From an uncultured bacterium (GTDB taxonomy: Bacteria > Acidobacteriota > Thermoanaerobaculia > Multivoradales > JAHZIX01), in NCBI GenBank assembly GCA_965368975.1, contig CBDUPA010000003.1, positions 385,387 through 449,386 on the forward strand: DNA of 64,000 bases. Direction: 5' to 3'. Below the pieces are notes generated by a model. It had not been told where the DNA came from. It made no database searches and was given only the letters and a program-made list of their open reading frames with translations. Position 1 is the first letter of the stretch. The number at the start of each line of letters is the position of its first letter. This document shows, piece after piece, positions 29,289 through 37,458 of the stretch. The translations under genes and the position numbers were made by a program.

Positions 29289-32200
29289 ATGAACGCATTG
29301 TGCCGCCAGGCTGTGGGCCTGGCTCTGTGGACCCTGTGTGTCGGTATGAGTGTGACACCGGCACTGTCCCAGTCCGTAGTGATCAACGAGATCGCCTGGA
29401 TGGGAACGACGAGCAGCAGCAACGACGAGTGGATCGAGCTGCACAACGCTTCAGCCGGTAACATCGACGTCACCGGCTGGACGCTGGCCAGCACCGACGG
29501 CACGCCGTCGATCACGCTGAGTGGCATCATTCCGGCGCACGGCTACTTCCTGCTGGAACGCACCGACGACACTTCCGCCCCCGGCGTCGCCGCTGACCAG
29601 ATTTACACTGGAGCGCTGTCCAACAGTGGAGAAGTGCTGCAATTGAAGGACTTGTTCCTGACCGTGGTCGATTCGGTGGACGCCTGGCACGCGGGTGACA
29701 ATTCGACCAAGGCGTCGATGTCGCGCATTTCGAGTCTGACCAGCGGTACGACGGCGTCGAACTGGGAGAGCGGGACGCTCGGGTACGGCTCCGGCGCTGG
29801 TTTCGGCACACCCGGATCGACCAACGGCGACGTGCTGATTTCCGAGATCGCCTGGATGGGCACGACCTACTCGAGCAGCGACGAGTGGCTCGAGCTGTTC
29901 AACCCGACGCTCTCGGCGGTCGACGTCACGGGCTGGACTCTGGCCGCGACCGACGGCACGCCGTCGATCGTGCTCTTGGGCACCATCCCGGCGGGTGGTT
30001 CCTTCCTGCTCGAGCGCACGGACGACACCTCGGTCCCCGGCGTTGTCGCGGATCAGATCTACACCGGGGCACTGTCGAACAGCGGGGAAGTCCTGGAGCT
30101 GCGTGACGGCGGCGGCACGTTGATCGACCTCGTCGACGCCTGGCACGCGGGCGACAACTCGACCAAGGCGACGATGAGTCGTACAACGTCCACGGGCGCC
30201 GGCAACGATCCGGCGAGCTGGTCGGATGGCAGTGCCACGTATGACGGCGGTCTCGGTACGCCGGCCGGTACCTCGTCCGGCGGTGGATCGGGAACCGGCT
30301 CGACGCACACGGACAGCTGGTACGACGTCTATTTCTCGAATCACTACAGCACCGTACTTCCGGGCGCCACCGGGCCGAGTACCACGGCGCAGGCGCTGAT
30401 CGACCAGATCGACGCGGCGACCACGAGCATCGACTTCGCGCTCTACGGCGTCGGTGGTTCGCAGCAGGTGATCGACGCGCTGGTCGCGGCACAGAACCGT
30501 GGTGTGACGGTGCGCGGCGTGATGGACACCAGTTCTACCGGTTGGTACGCCTACCGCGACAGCGAGACGCTGATCAACGCGCTGGCGCCTGGCAGTATCG
30601 TCACCGACAACGATGACGCCCTGATGCACAACAAGTTCTTCGTCTTCGACGACCGCTACGTGTGGACCGGCTCGGGCAACGTCTCGGACACGGGGCTGTA
30701 TGTGGAGTACAACTCGAACTGGTCGATCTTGATCGACCATACAGGTCTGGCCGCCGCGTACACTGACGAGTTCGAGGAGATGTTCGCTGGCTACTTCCAC
30801 ACCGCCAAGAGCGACAACACCACGCACACCTTCGCGCCGCTGGCCGATGGTTCGGTGATCGAGAGCTACTTCGCACCCACGGACGCGGCCGAGGCGAACG
30901 CCATTCTGCCGGCGATCGATGGCGCCACGAGCTACATCGATGCGCGGATCTTCACCTTCACCGACTGGGACGTGCGAGACGCGCTGATCGCGGCGCACAA
31001 TCGCGGTGTCAGCATCCGGGTGATCATCGACGCCTCAGGGGCGGCGGGCGAGTTCAGCATCCACGAGGAGCTGCGTACCGCTGGTATCGCCGTCAAGGTG
31101 GAGAACTGGGCCGGCAAGGAGCACATGAAGTCGCTGGTCGCGGACGGTGAAGTCGTCATCCTGGGGTCGCAGAACTGGACCTACTCGGGCGACACGATCA
31201 ACGATGAGAACACCCTTTACATCGAGAACACCGTGCTGGCGCAGAGCTTCGCCGACGACTTCCAGCTGGCCTGGGACTCGATCCCCAACACCTGGTTGAG
31301 CGGCAACCCGGGCGCCGAGTCGGCAAACTCGCCGGGGTCACTGACCGACTTCATCGACAACGACCACGATCACCTGACGGACGAGGGTGCACCGGAGGCG
31401 CTCAACAGCGTGCAGACCGGCGCCGGCGCGATCAACGTCTACTTCAACAAGAGTGCGCTGCCGTCCTACAACCAGGGTTCGCTGGCCAACTACAACGTCA
31501 ACCTGGAGACGCGCCTGCTGACGCGGATCAATGCCGCCACCTCGACCATCGATCTGGCGACGTACGAACTCAACCTGCCCAACCTGGTGAATGCCTTGCT
31601 GGCACGCGCCGCCGCCGGCATCGACGTGCGGGTGATCGCGGACGCCAAGGACAAGTTGGAAGGGGAGAGCAGCAATTACGACCGCTTCGTCCTGGTGATG
31701 GAGCAACTGATCCGCGGCCAGGATGGCGTCATCGGCACCTCGGACGACGTTGCCCTATTCGCCGATTCGCCCGTCCTGGCGGTGCTCGACGCCACCAAGC
31801 GCGCCGACGCCGGTCTGCCGGCGGTGCCGTCGGACCTGCCGTACCAGACGCTCAACATTGGCAACGGCTCGCGCGCCGGCTACGTCGTGGCCTACGGCGA
31901 GAAGAAGAACGCCACCGACTACTACGCCCCGGGCAACCAGATGCACAACAAGTTCGTCGTGCTCGACGGCACCTGGGTGTGGACTGGCAGCTGGAACTTC
32001 ACTATCAACGGCCTCTACGGTGATGAGGCCAACATGGCCGCCGGTATCCTGGGGGGCAATAGCAACCACGGCATCGAGGTCCACTCGACGGACCTGGCGG
32101 ACATCTACACCACCGAGTTCGAGGAAATGTGGGGCAGCAGCTCCATGGTGCCGGATCCCGACCTCGCCGCATTCCACGGCCGCAAGACCGACAACACCGC

Positions 32201-32765
32201 GCACTCCGTGGTCGTCGGTGGTCGCACCGTCGAGGTCTACTTCTCACCCGGTGACGACGCGCTGCAGGCGGTGACCGACTACGTCACCCTCGAAGCCGAC
32301 GTCAGCGCCGAATTTGCCGCCTTTACCTGGTCGCACCAGGGTCTGGTGGATGCGCTGAAGGTCAAGTACGAGGGATCCGATCAAGACCTCGTCGGCACGC
32401 TGACGGGCTTCACGGTACGCGGTGTCTTCGACTCGCTGGGCTGGAACCAGTGGTGGTCGGCCTCGGTCGACATGACCGGGCGCACGGCGTCGAACTCGTC
32501 GGTCAACAATCCGAACACCCGATGGGCCAACGCGGCGCCGGTGCTCAAGGACGACGAGGACGAGATCCTGCACCACAAGTACATGATCATCGACGCCCAC
32601 ACCACCAGCAATCCCGCCGTGATCGCCGGCTCGACCAATTGGAGCGTCAACGGCAACGACATCAACGACGAGAACCTGCTGATCATCCACGACGCTGACG
32701 TCGCGGACCAGTTCACCCAGGAGCTGCGGGCGCGCTACTACCAGGCGGGTGGTGGGCTGCCGTGA
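29289..32765 (+). CDS. Secreted protein with two lamin-tail domains and four PLD (HKD) motifs; putative nuclease/phospholipase
   Basis: Signal peptide; two EIAWMG...EW.EL.N...DVTGWTL repeats; HKD motifs HNKFFVFD, HMKSLVAD, HNKFVVLD, HHKYMIID, each followed by a GSxN motif. Confidence 0.85.
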   Translation: MNALCRQAVGLALWTLCVGMSVTPALSQSVVINEIAWMGTTSSSNDEWIELHNASAGNIDVTGWTLASTDGTPSITLSGIIPAHGYFLLERTDDTSAPGVAADQIYTGALSNSGEVLQLKDLFLTVVDSVDAWHAGDNSTKASMSRISSLTSGTTASNWESGTLGYGSGAGFGTPGSTNGDVLISEIAWMGTTYSSSDEWLELFNPTLSAVDVTGWTLAATDGTPSIVLLGTIPAGGSFLLERTDDTSVPGVVADQIYTGALSNSGEVLELRDGGGTLIDLVDAWHAGDNSTKATMSRTTSTGAGNDPASWSDGSATYDGGLGTPAGTSSGGGSGTGSTHTDSWYDVYFSNHYSTVLPGATGPSTTAQALIDQIDAATTSIDFALYGVGGSQQVIDALVAAQNRGVTVRGVMDTSSTGWYAYRDSETLINALAPGSIVTDNDDALMHNKFFVFDDRYVWTGSGNVSDTGLYVEYNSNWSILIDHTGLAAAYTDEFEEMFAGYFHTAKSDNTTHTFAPLADGSVIESYFAPTDAAEANAILPAIDGATSYIDARIFTFTDWDVRDALIAAHNRGVSIRVIIDASGAAGEFSIHEELRTAGIAVKVENWAGKEHMKSLVADGEVVILGSQNWTYSGDTINDENTLYIENTVLAQSFADDFQLAWDSIPNTWLSGNPGAESANSPGSLTDFIDNDHDHLTDEGAPEALNSVQTGAGAINVYFNKSALPSYNQGSLANYNVNLETRLLTRINAATSTIDLATYELNLPNLVNALLARAAAGIDVRVIADAKDKLEGESSNYDRFVLVMEQLIRGQDGVIGTSDDVALFADSPVLAVLDATKRADAGLPAVPSDLPYQTLNIGNGSRAGYVVAYGEKKNATDYYAPGNQMHNKFVVLDGTWVWTGSWNFTINGLYGDEANMAAGILGGNSNHGIEVHSTDLADIYTTEFEEMWGSSSMVPDPDLAAFHGRKTDNTAHSVVVGGRTVEVYFSPGDDALQAVTDYVTLEADVSAEFAAFTWSHQGLVDALKVKYEGSDQDLVGTLTGFTVRGVFDSLGWNQWWSASVDMTGRTASNSSVNNPNTRWANAAPVLKDDEDEILHHKYMIIDAHTTSNPAVIAGSTNWSVNGNDINDENLLIIHDADVADQFTQELRARYYQAGGGLP

Positions 32766-32788
32766 CCTGTAGCTAGTGCCGGTTCTGT

Positions 32789-32833
32789 CACCCGGGCGAG
32801 TTTCCTCGAGGAAGCCGCCCGGGTGCCTTCTTT
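32789..32833 (+). terminator. Rho-independent terminator
   Basis: CACCCGGGCG...CGCCCGGGTG stem with inner TTCCTCGAGGAA, followed by CCTTCTTT. Confidence 0.7.
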
Positions 32834-32910
32834 CGGGAGGATGTCCTGCCTATATCTAGGTACTATGCAATTCGCTCCATAAGCGGTTGTTGAGCTAGCA
32901 TTGGAAGACC

Positions 32911-33119
32911 ATGGCGGAGCTCACAGTAGAACTCGACTCGATTCCACCGGCTCTGAGGGACCCGGAGTTCACGCGCTACTTGATCGCAGGGGGCCTGTAC
33001 TCAAAAGGCATCCTCTCAGGCGAGCAGGCCCGGCAGCTTACCGGTGACGTGCGCCGCGTGTTCGAGGAGACATGATGCCGGACGACGATGTCCAGCTACT
33101 TGCTGAGCTGAATGCCTGA
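32911..33119 (+). pseudogene. Frameshifted UPF0175-family antitoxin remnant (not in ORF track)
   Basis: MAELTVELDSIPPALRDPEFTRYLIAGGLYSKGILSGEQARQLTGDVRRVFEET* stops at 33075; the tail MPDDDVQLLAELNA* continues in another frame. Confidence 0.55.
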
Positions 33120-33146
33120 ACTCTGTTTGAAAGCGCTGGGAACCCC

Positions 33147-36100
33147 TTGAGAGTCGGCCCACTCGATCTTCCTGATGAACTTTTGGACGCTCTCCAAGAA
33201 AAGCGGTTGGTGATCTTTGCGGGCGCCGGGATCTCGATTCCACCGCCGTCGAGCCTGCCGAGTTTCGAGGGACTCGTGAAAGATCTTGCACATCGCGCAG
33301 GAGAAGAGGTTGACCCACCTTTCGACAGATTCTTGGGCAAGCTGGCCGTCAAGGGGAGCAAGGTTCATGAGTGGACAGCTGAACAGCTGACGGTCAAAGG
33401 CTCGGCCCCGAACGATCTGCATCGATGGCTCGTGAAGTTGTTCCGCGATCCTCGAGACATTCGAGTCGTCACTACGAATTTCGATCGGCACCTGGAGACT
33501 GCGGCACAAGAGCGGCTTCCAGAGATCGACGTTTTTGAGGCGCCGGCTCTACCGCTGGGTTCTGATTTCCGAGGCATTGTGCATCTCCACGGGAGCTTGG
33601 CCCGGTCTCCGAAGAGCCTGGTGCTCACAGATGCCGACTTCGGCGCTGCGTATATCTCAGACGGTTGGGCCAGTCGCTTTTTGCAGGATGTCTTTGCCAA
33701 TTTCATTGTGCTCTTCGTCGGGTATTCGCACAGCGATGTTGTCTTGACCTACCTGGCACGCAGCCTTCTAGGGCGCCCACTGAAAGCGCGCTTCGCGATC
33801 GCTGAGTTCGACGAGGAAACTGACTGGAATGCTCTGGGCGTGACGGCCAGGATCTACGAGAAAGGTGAGCATCATTGCCTGAACGAATGTCTGCGGAAGT
33901 GGGTCGAGTTGGAGACCGAGGATGCAATGGCCCGCGAGTCTCGCCTCCGAATACTGGCGGAACGGGGCTGTAGATTGCTCTCCGAAGAAGAGGAAAGTTA
34001 TTTATTTCGAGGACTTTGCAAGGGTGACCTCTGCACATACTTTTACCGGTATGCAGAAGATCCAGAGTGGTTGGAATGGGCAAGTGAGAAGGAGCTACTC
34101 AAGCCACTTGAACAGGTACCTGCTGAGCAGACAAGCTCTGTGACCCAGGATCAGATTTCCTGGTTTCTCCGCGATTTGCTTGGCGAAAGAGGAGAAGTTG
34201 CCAGCCGGTTGCTAGTCCGCGACTTTGTCCGACTGCACCCGCTATTGTGGCAGGCCATCGGTAGAGATCTTTGGGGCGAGTTGGATCACATGCTGCGAGA
34301 GGGCACTGAGGAACCACCTCGGGGACCTCTTCTGCGCCGATGGATCGCGATCCTGATCTCTTATAAGCCTGGAACCGTAGGCACAGTATGCGATTTTTTG
34401 ATCCATCTGCAGGCAGTGATTCCGAAATCTGCGCCAGAAGCTTCAACTACCTTGCTGCTCTTTTTGCTTGAGCCCGTCATCGCGCCCAATCACAGTGAAA
34501 GTAGAGCCATGAAAGTTCGCTTGCGCTGTGAGGCTGATGACCTCGCACCAGTCTGGAACACCTTGGACCTGGAACATCTAGCTACAAGGTTGCTTCGGCC
34601 GCTGGCTGGGCTGCTGGAGCGAAGCTTTCTTCTCCATGATGTCGCGGGAGAGCCCGCTTCCTGGGACAAGCTGAGGAACGCAGTTCGCGATCATGAAGAG
34701 GACCCTCTAGATGAAGAAGGACTGTACCTTCTCTTGAACTGTCTACGAGATGTCTTGGACTGGCATATCAGGAACAAGCCGGAGGTTGCAGCCACGTATC
34801 TTCAGAGCTGGGTACTCTCTGAATTCGACATCTTCCGGCGTCTGGCAATCTATGGCCTTACCCACGACGCCATACTTTCCAGCGATGAGAAACTTGATCT
34901 TCTCGTGAGTCATCGATGGCTAGATTCTCACTTTTTACGATTTGAGGTTAGTGACCTTCTGGCTGTGCTCTATCCGGCGCTGAAGAAGTCGGGTCGCAAG
35001 AGGTTCTTCGAAGAGTTTGACAGGCTTCGGAACCAGTTGCTCGAAGTGCCAGACCAAGCCCCAGAGGACGTCAAGTCCGGTGCTCACGGCCTCTTTGAGT
35101 TACTCGACTGGCTCAAGAGAGTTGATCCGAACTGTGACCTTGTGCGAGAACGCTTAGCTGATCTGAGGCGAGCGTATCCACAATTCAGAGCCAATGAGCA
35201 CCCTGGGGAGAAAATCCGAGTCTCGATCTACTGGGGCTCAGGAGAGAGTGTGAAGAGTGCGGAGGACTTGGTTCGACTACAACCTGTTGACTATCTGGCT
35301 CTGCTCAACGAGCAGAAAGCCCAGCCGCGAGAGTTTGGAGAAAGTCATCCGGTTGATGCTCTCTTGAAGGAAACAGAAAAGGCTACCCAGGAGCAACCCA
35401 TGTGGGGAGTTCAACTAGTCGATTGGCTCCTCGAAAATGCTCCCGCAGAGGAACGTTTGATTCGCCGGATTCTCCGAGGGTGGGCAGCAGTACCACTGAA
35501 CGAGCCTGAGTGGCGCCGGGTCTTGGACCTTCTTTCCAAGGAAGGAGCTCTGCTGAGCAATCTTTGGGATGTGTGCCAGGTAGTGCTGTCACAAACCAGG
35601 CGAAAACCGGATCAGCCGTTGCTTCCTGAAGATCTCTTGCTCACGACCTGGCGCTTCACGGAGCAGCTATGGTCAGCTCTACCTGAGCCGAAACCTCCAG
35701 GAGACGTAAGAGATCTTGTGCACTGGGCTATCAACGAGCTACCAGGAACGCTCGCTAGCTGTGCATTTGGAATTCTCTGGCAGCTGAGGCGACAGGCAAG
35801 AGATTCCTGGCAAGGAATTCCGGAATCCTACGATGGGCTGCTGAAGGTAATGCTTCGTCAAGGTCCGCCACAAACTGCCCCTGCACGAACAGCTCTGTGC
35901 AGCTACTTCAGGTTCTTCTGGTTGGCAGACACGGAGTGGTCCAAGATGAACTTGCTACCGCTTCTGGATTGGAAGGTCGCGAACGGGGAGATTGCTCGCC
36001 AGGCGTGGAGCGGCTATCTCTACCACCCTTTTGCCGACAACGAGATTTTGCCCGACCTACTGCCTCTGCTGCGGGCGACCTTCTCACGGTTAGAAGCCTT

Positions 36101-36725
36101 CGAAGAACGTTTGGTAGGGCAGTTCACTGACCTGTTGTTGGCCCTGGCATTCGACTCTCCTACAGATCCGTGGGAGGACGGATGGTTGCGAGAATTTCAC
36201 CGGACGGCTCGACTTGAGGATCGCCTTCACTTCATATGGTCGATCAACAGTGCTCTCAGAAGCATGGTCCCAGAGGTCAAGGCCCGGTTGTGGAACGAGC
36301 TTCTTCAACCCTTCCTTGAGTTTCGGTGCAAGGAACAACTACCCAAAATCGAGTCGCGAGAGCGAAACTCAATCGTCGACTTGGTAAGGTTCCTGCCAGA
36401 ACAGTTGCCGGATCTACTTCCTATACTGCAGGAGTTGAAACCACCCTCTCTCGATGAACCACGGAGAATGCAGTTTTTCTCTCTGGTCCACGAGAGATCT
36501 GAGTTCTTGGATCTGGTCGAGATGCAAACTTTCGGTGAACTTCTGCTCTACTTGCTGGGCGGAGAAGGCAATCCTGGATACAAGTGCGAGTACATTCGTA
36601 GAGCGATTGAGGCGTATCTGACCAGTGGGCAAGCTGATCGCGAACTCGCTAACAAGCTCGTCAACCGTTACTCGGAAGTCGGTTGTCGTGGGGGCCAAGA
36701 TCTCTTGGCTCAGTTTCAAGGGTAG
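33147..36725 (+). CDS. SIR2-domain NADase with C-terminal DUF4020-like region (DSR1-like anti-phage protein)
   Basis: VIFAGAGIS, VTTNFDRHLE, VHLHGS, LVLTDADFGAAY, LFVGYSHSD, then about 900 aa of helical sequence; visibly A/T-richer than the flanks. Confidence 0.8.
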   Translation: MRVGPLDLPDELLDALQEKRLVIFAGAGISIPPPSSLPSFEGLVKDLAHRAGEEVDPPFDRFLGKLAVKGSKVHEWTAEQLTVKGSAPNDLHRWLVKLFRDPRDIRVVTTNFDRHLETAAQERLPEIDVFEAPALPLGSDFRGIVHLHGSLARSPKSLVLTDADFGAAYISDGWASRFLQDVFANFIVLFVGYSHSDVVLTYLARSLLGRPLKARFAIAEFDEETDWNALGVTARIYEKGEHHCLNECLRKWVELETEDAMARESRLRILAERGCRLLSEEEESYLFRGLCKGDLCTYFYRYAEDPEWLEWASEKELLKPLEQVPAEQTSSVTQDQISWFLRDLLGERGEVASRLLVRDFVRLHPLLWQAIGRDLWGELDHMLREGTEEPPRGPLLRRWIAILISYKPGTVGTVCDFLIHLQAVIPKSAPEASTTLLLFLLEPVIAPNHSESRAMKVRLRCEADDLAPVWNTLDLEHLATRLLRPLAGLLERSFLLHDVAGEPASWDKLRNAVRDHEEDPLDEEGLYLLLNCLRDVLDWHIRNKPEVAATYLQSWVLSEFDIFRRLAIYGLTHDAILSSDEKLDLLVSHRWLDSHFLRFEVSDLLAVLYPALKKSGRKRFFEEFDRLRNQLLEVPDQAPEDVKSGAHGLFELLDWLKRVDPNCDLVRERLADLRRAYPQFRANEHPGEKIRVSIYWGSGESVKSAEDLVRLQPVDYLALLNEQKAQPREFGESHPVDALLKETEKATQEQPMWGVQLVDWLLENAPAEERLIRRILRGWAAVPLNEPEWRRVLDLLSKEGALLSNLWDVCQVVLSQTRRKPDQPLLPEDLLLTTWRFTEQLWSALPEPKPPGDVRDLVHWAINELPGTLASCAFGILWQLRRQARDSWQGIPESYDGLLKVMLRQGPPQTAPARTALCSYFRFFWLADTEWSKMNLLPLLDWKVANGEIARQAWSGYLYHPFADNEILPDLLPLLRATFSRLEAFEERLVGQFTDLLLALAFDSPTDPWEDGWLREFHRTARLEDRLHFIWSINSALRSMVPEVKARLWNELLQPFLEFRCKEQLPKIESRERNSIVDLVRFLPEQLPDLLPILQELKPPSLDEPRRMQFFSLVHERSEFLDLVEMQTFGELLLYLLGGEGNPGYKCEYIRRAIEAYLTSGQADRELANKLVNRYSEVGCRGGQDLLAQFQG

Positions 36726-36771
36726 TTGAGTTCCGAAAGGATCGGTCTGTGTGTGAGACGGGATAGAGAGT

Positions 36772-36807
36772 TTGCGTTGCAGGCATCTATTGCCTACAAT
36801 GCAGGCA
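36772..36807 (+). promoter_or_regulatory. Sigma70 promoter with overlapping inverted-repeat operator for the TA operon
   Basis: -35 TTGCGT (36772), 17-nt spacer, -10 TACAAT (36795); TTGCAGGCA-tctat-TGCCTACAA plus a third TGCAGGCA at 36800. Confidence 0.6.
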
Positions 36808-36809
36808 CT

Positions 36810-37055
36810 ATGCAGTATACAGTTCGGAATGTCCCCGCTCACATCGACCAGGCGCTGCGTCAAGCTGCACGCGAGCAGCACAAGAGCTTAAACCAGGTCG
36901 CCGTCGAAGCTCTGCGACGCGGCCTGGGGCTCAGTCCAGCCGGTCCCGTCCGGGTCCGCGATCTCTCCGACATCGCGGGTTCATGGCAGGAAGATCCGGT
37001 GATCGACGAGATCCTTGCGGAACAGCGTCGTATCGATCCCGAGATGTGGAAGTGA
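36810..37055 (+). CDS. Ribbon-helix-helix antitoxin (FitA/VapB-like)
   Basis: MQYTVRNVP..IDQALRQAA...KSLNQV; overlaps the toxin start (GTGA). Confidence 0.85.
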   Translation: MQYTVRNVPAHIDQALRQAAREQHKSLNQVAVEALRRGLGLSPAGPVRVRDLSDIAGSWQEDPVIDEILAEQRRIDPEMWK

Positions 37056-37435
37056 GAGTCGCGCTCGATACCAACCGCTATAGCGACCTGGCTCGTGGCG
37101 ATCACGAGGTCATCGAGCTTCTTGAGATCGCCACGGAAGTCTGCCTTCCCTTTGTGGTGCTCGCCGAACTGCGGGCCGGTTTTTCCTTGGGTACTCGAGG
37201 TCGCACCAACGAGCAAGCCTTGCAGCGTTTCTTGCAGAAACCTGGGGTTTCTGTGCTTTACGCAACGGACTCTACAACTCGGACCTACGCCACGCTCTAC
37301 CGGCAACTGCGGGAACAAGGGACACCTATCCCCGCCAACGATTTGTGGATCGCGGCCTTGGCAGTAGAGAATGGCCTGCAGCTGTGCTCGCGGGATCGGC
37401 ACTTCCGGCATTTGCCTCAGCTACAGATGGTTTGA
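37052..37435 (+). CDS. vapC: PIN-domain toxin VapC
   Basis: ALDTN, VLAELRAG, GTPIPANDLWIAA, SRDRHF. Confidence 0.92.
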   Translation: MRVALDTNRYSDLARGDHEVIELLEIATEVCLPFVVLAELRAGFSLGTRGRTNEQALQRFLQKPGVSVLYATDSTTRTYATLYRQLREQGTPIPANDLWIAALAVENGLQLCSRDRHFRHLPQLQMV

Positions 37436-37458
37436 CGCTCTACCGATTCCTCACTTCC

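Noticed and set aside
1-32765. ComEC, minor pilins and LTD nuclease as a single competence island
   Set aside because: The genes are dispersed among unrelated operons with no shared regulatory motif seen; the link is speculative.
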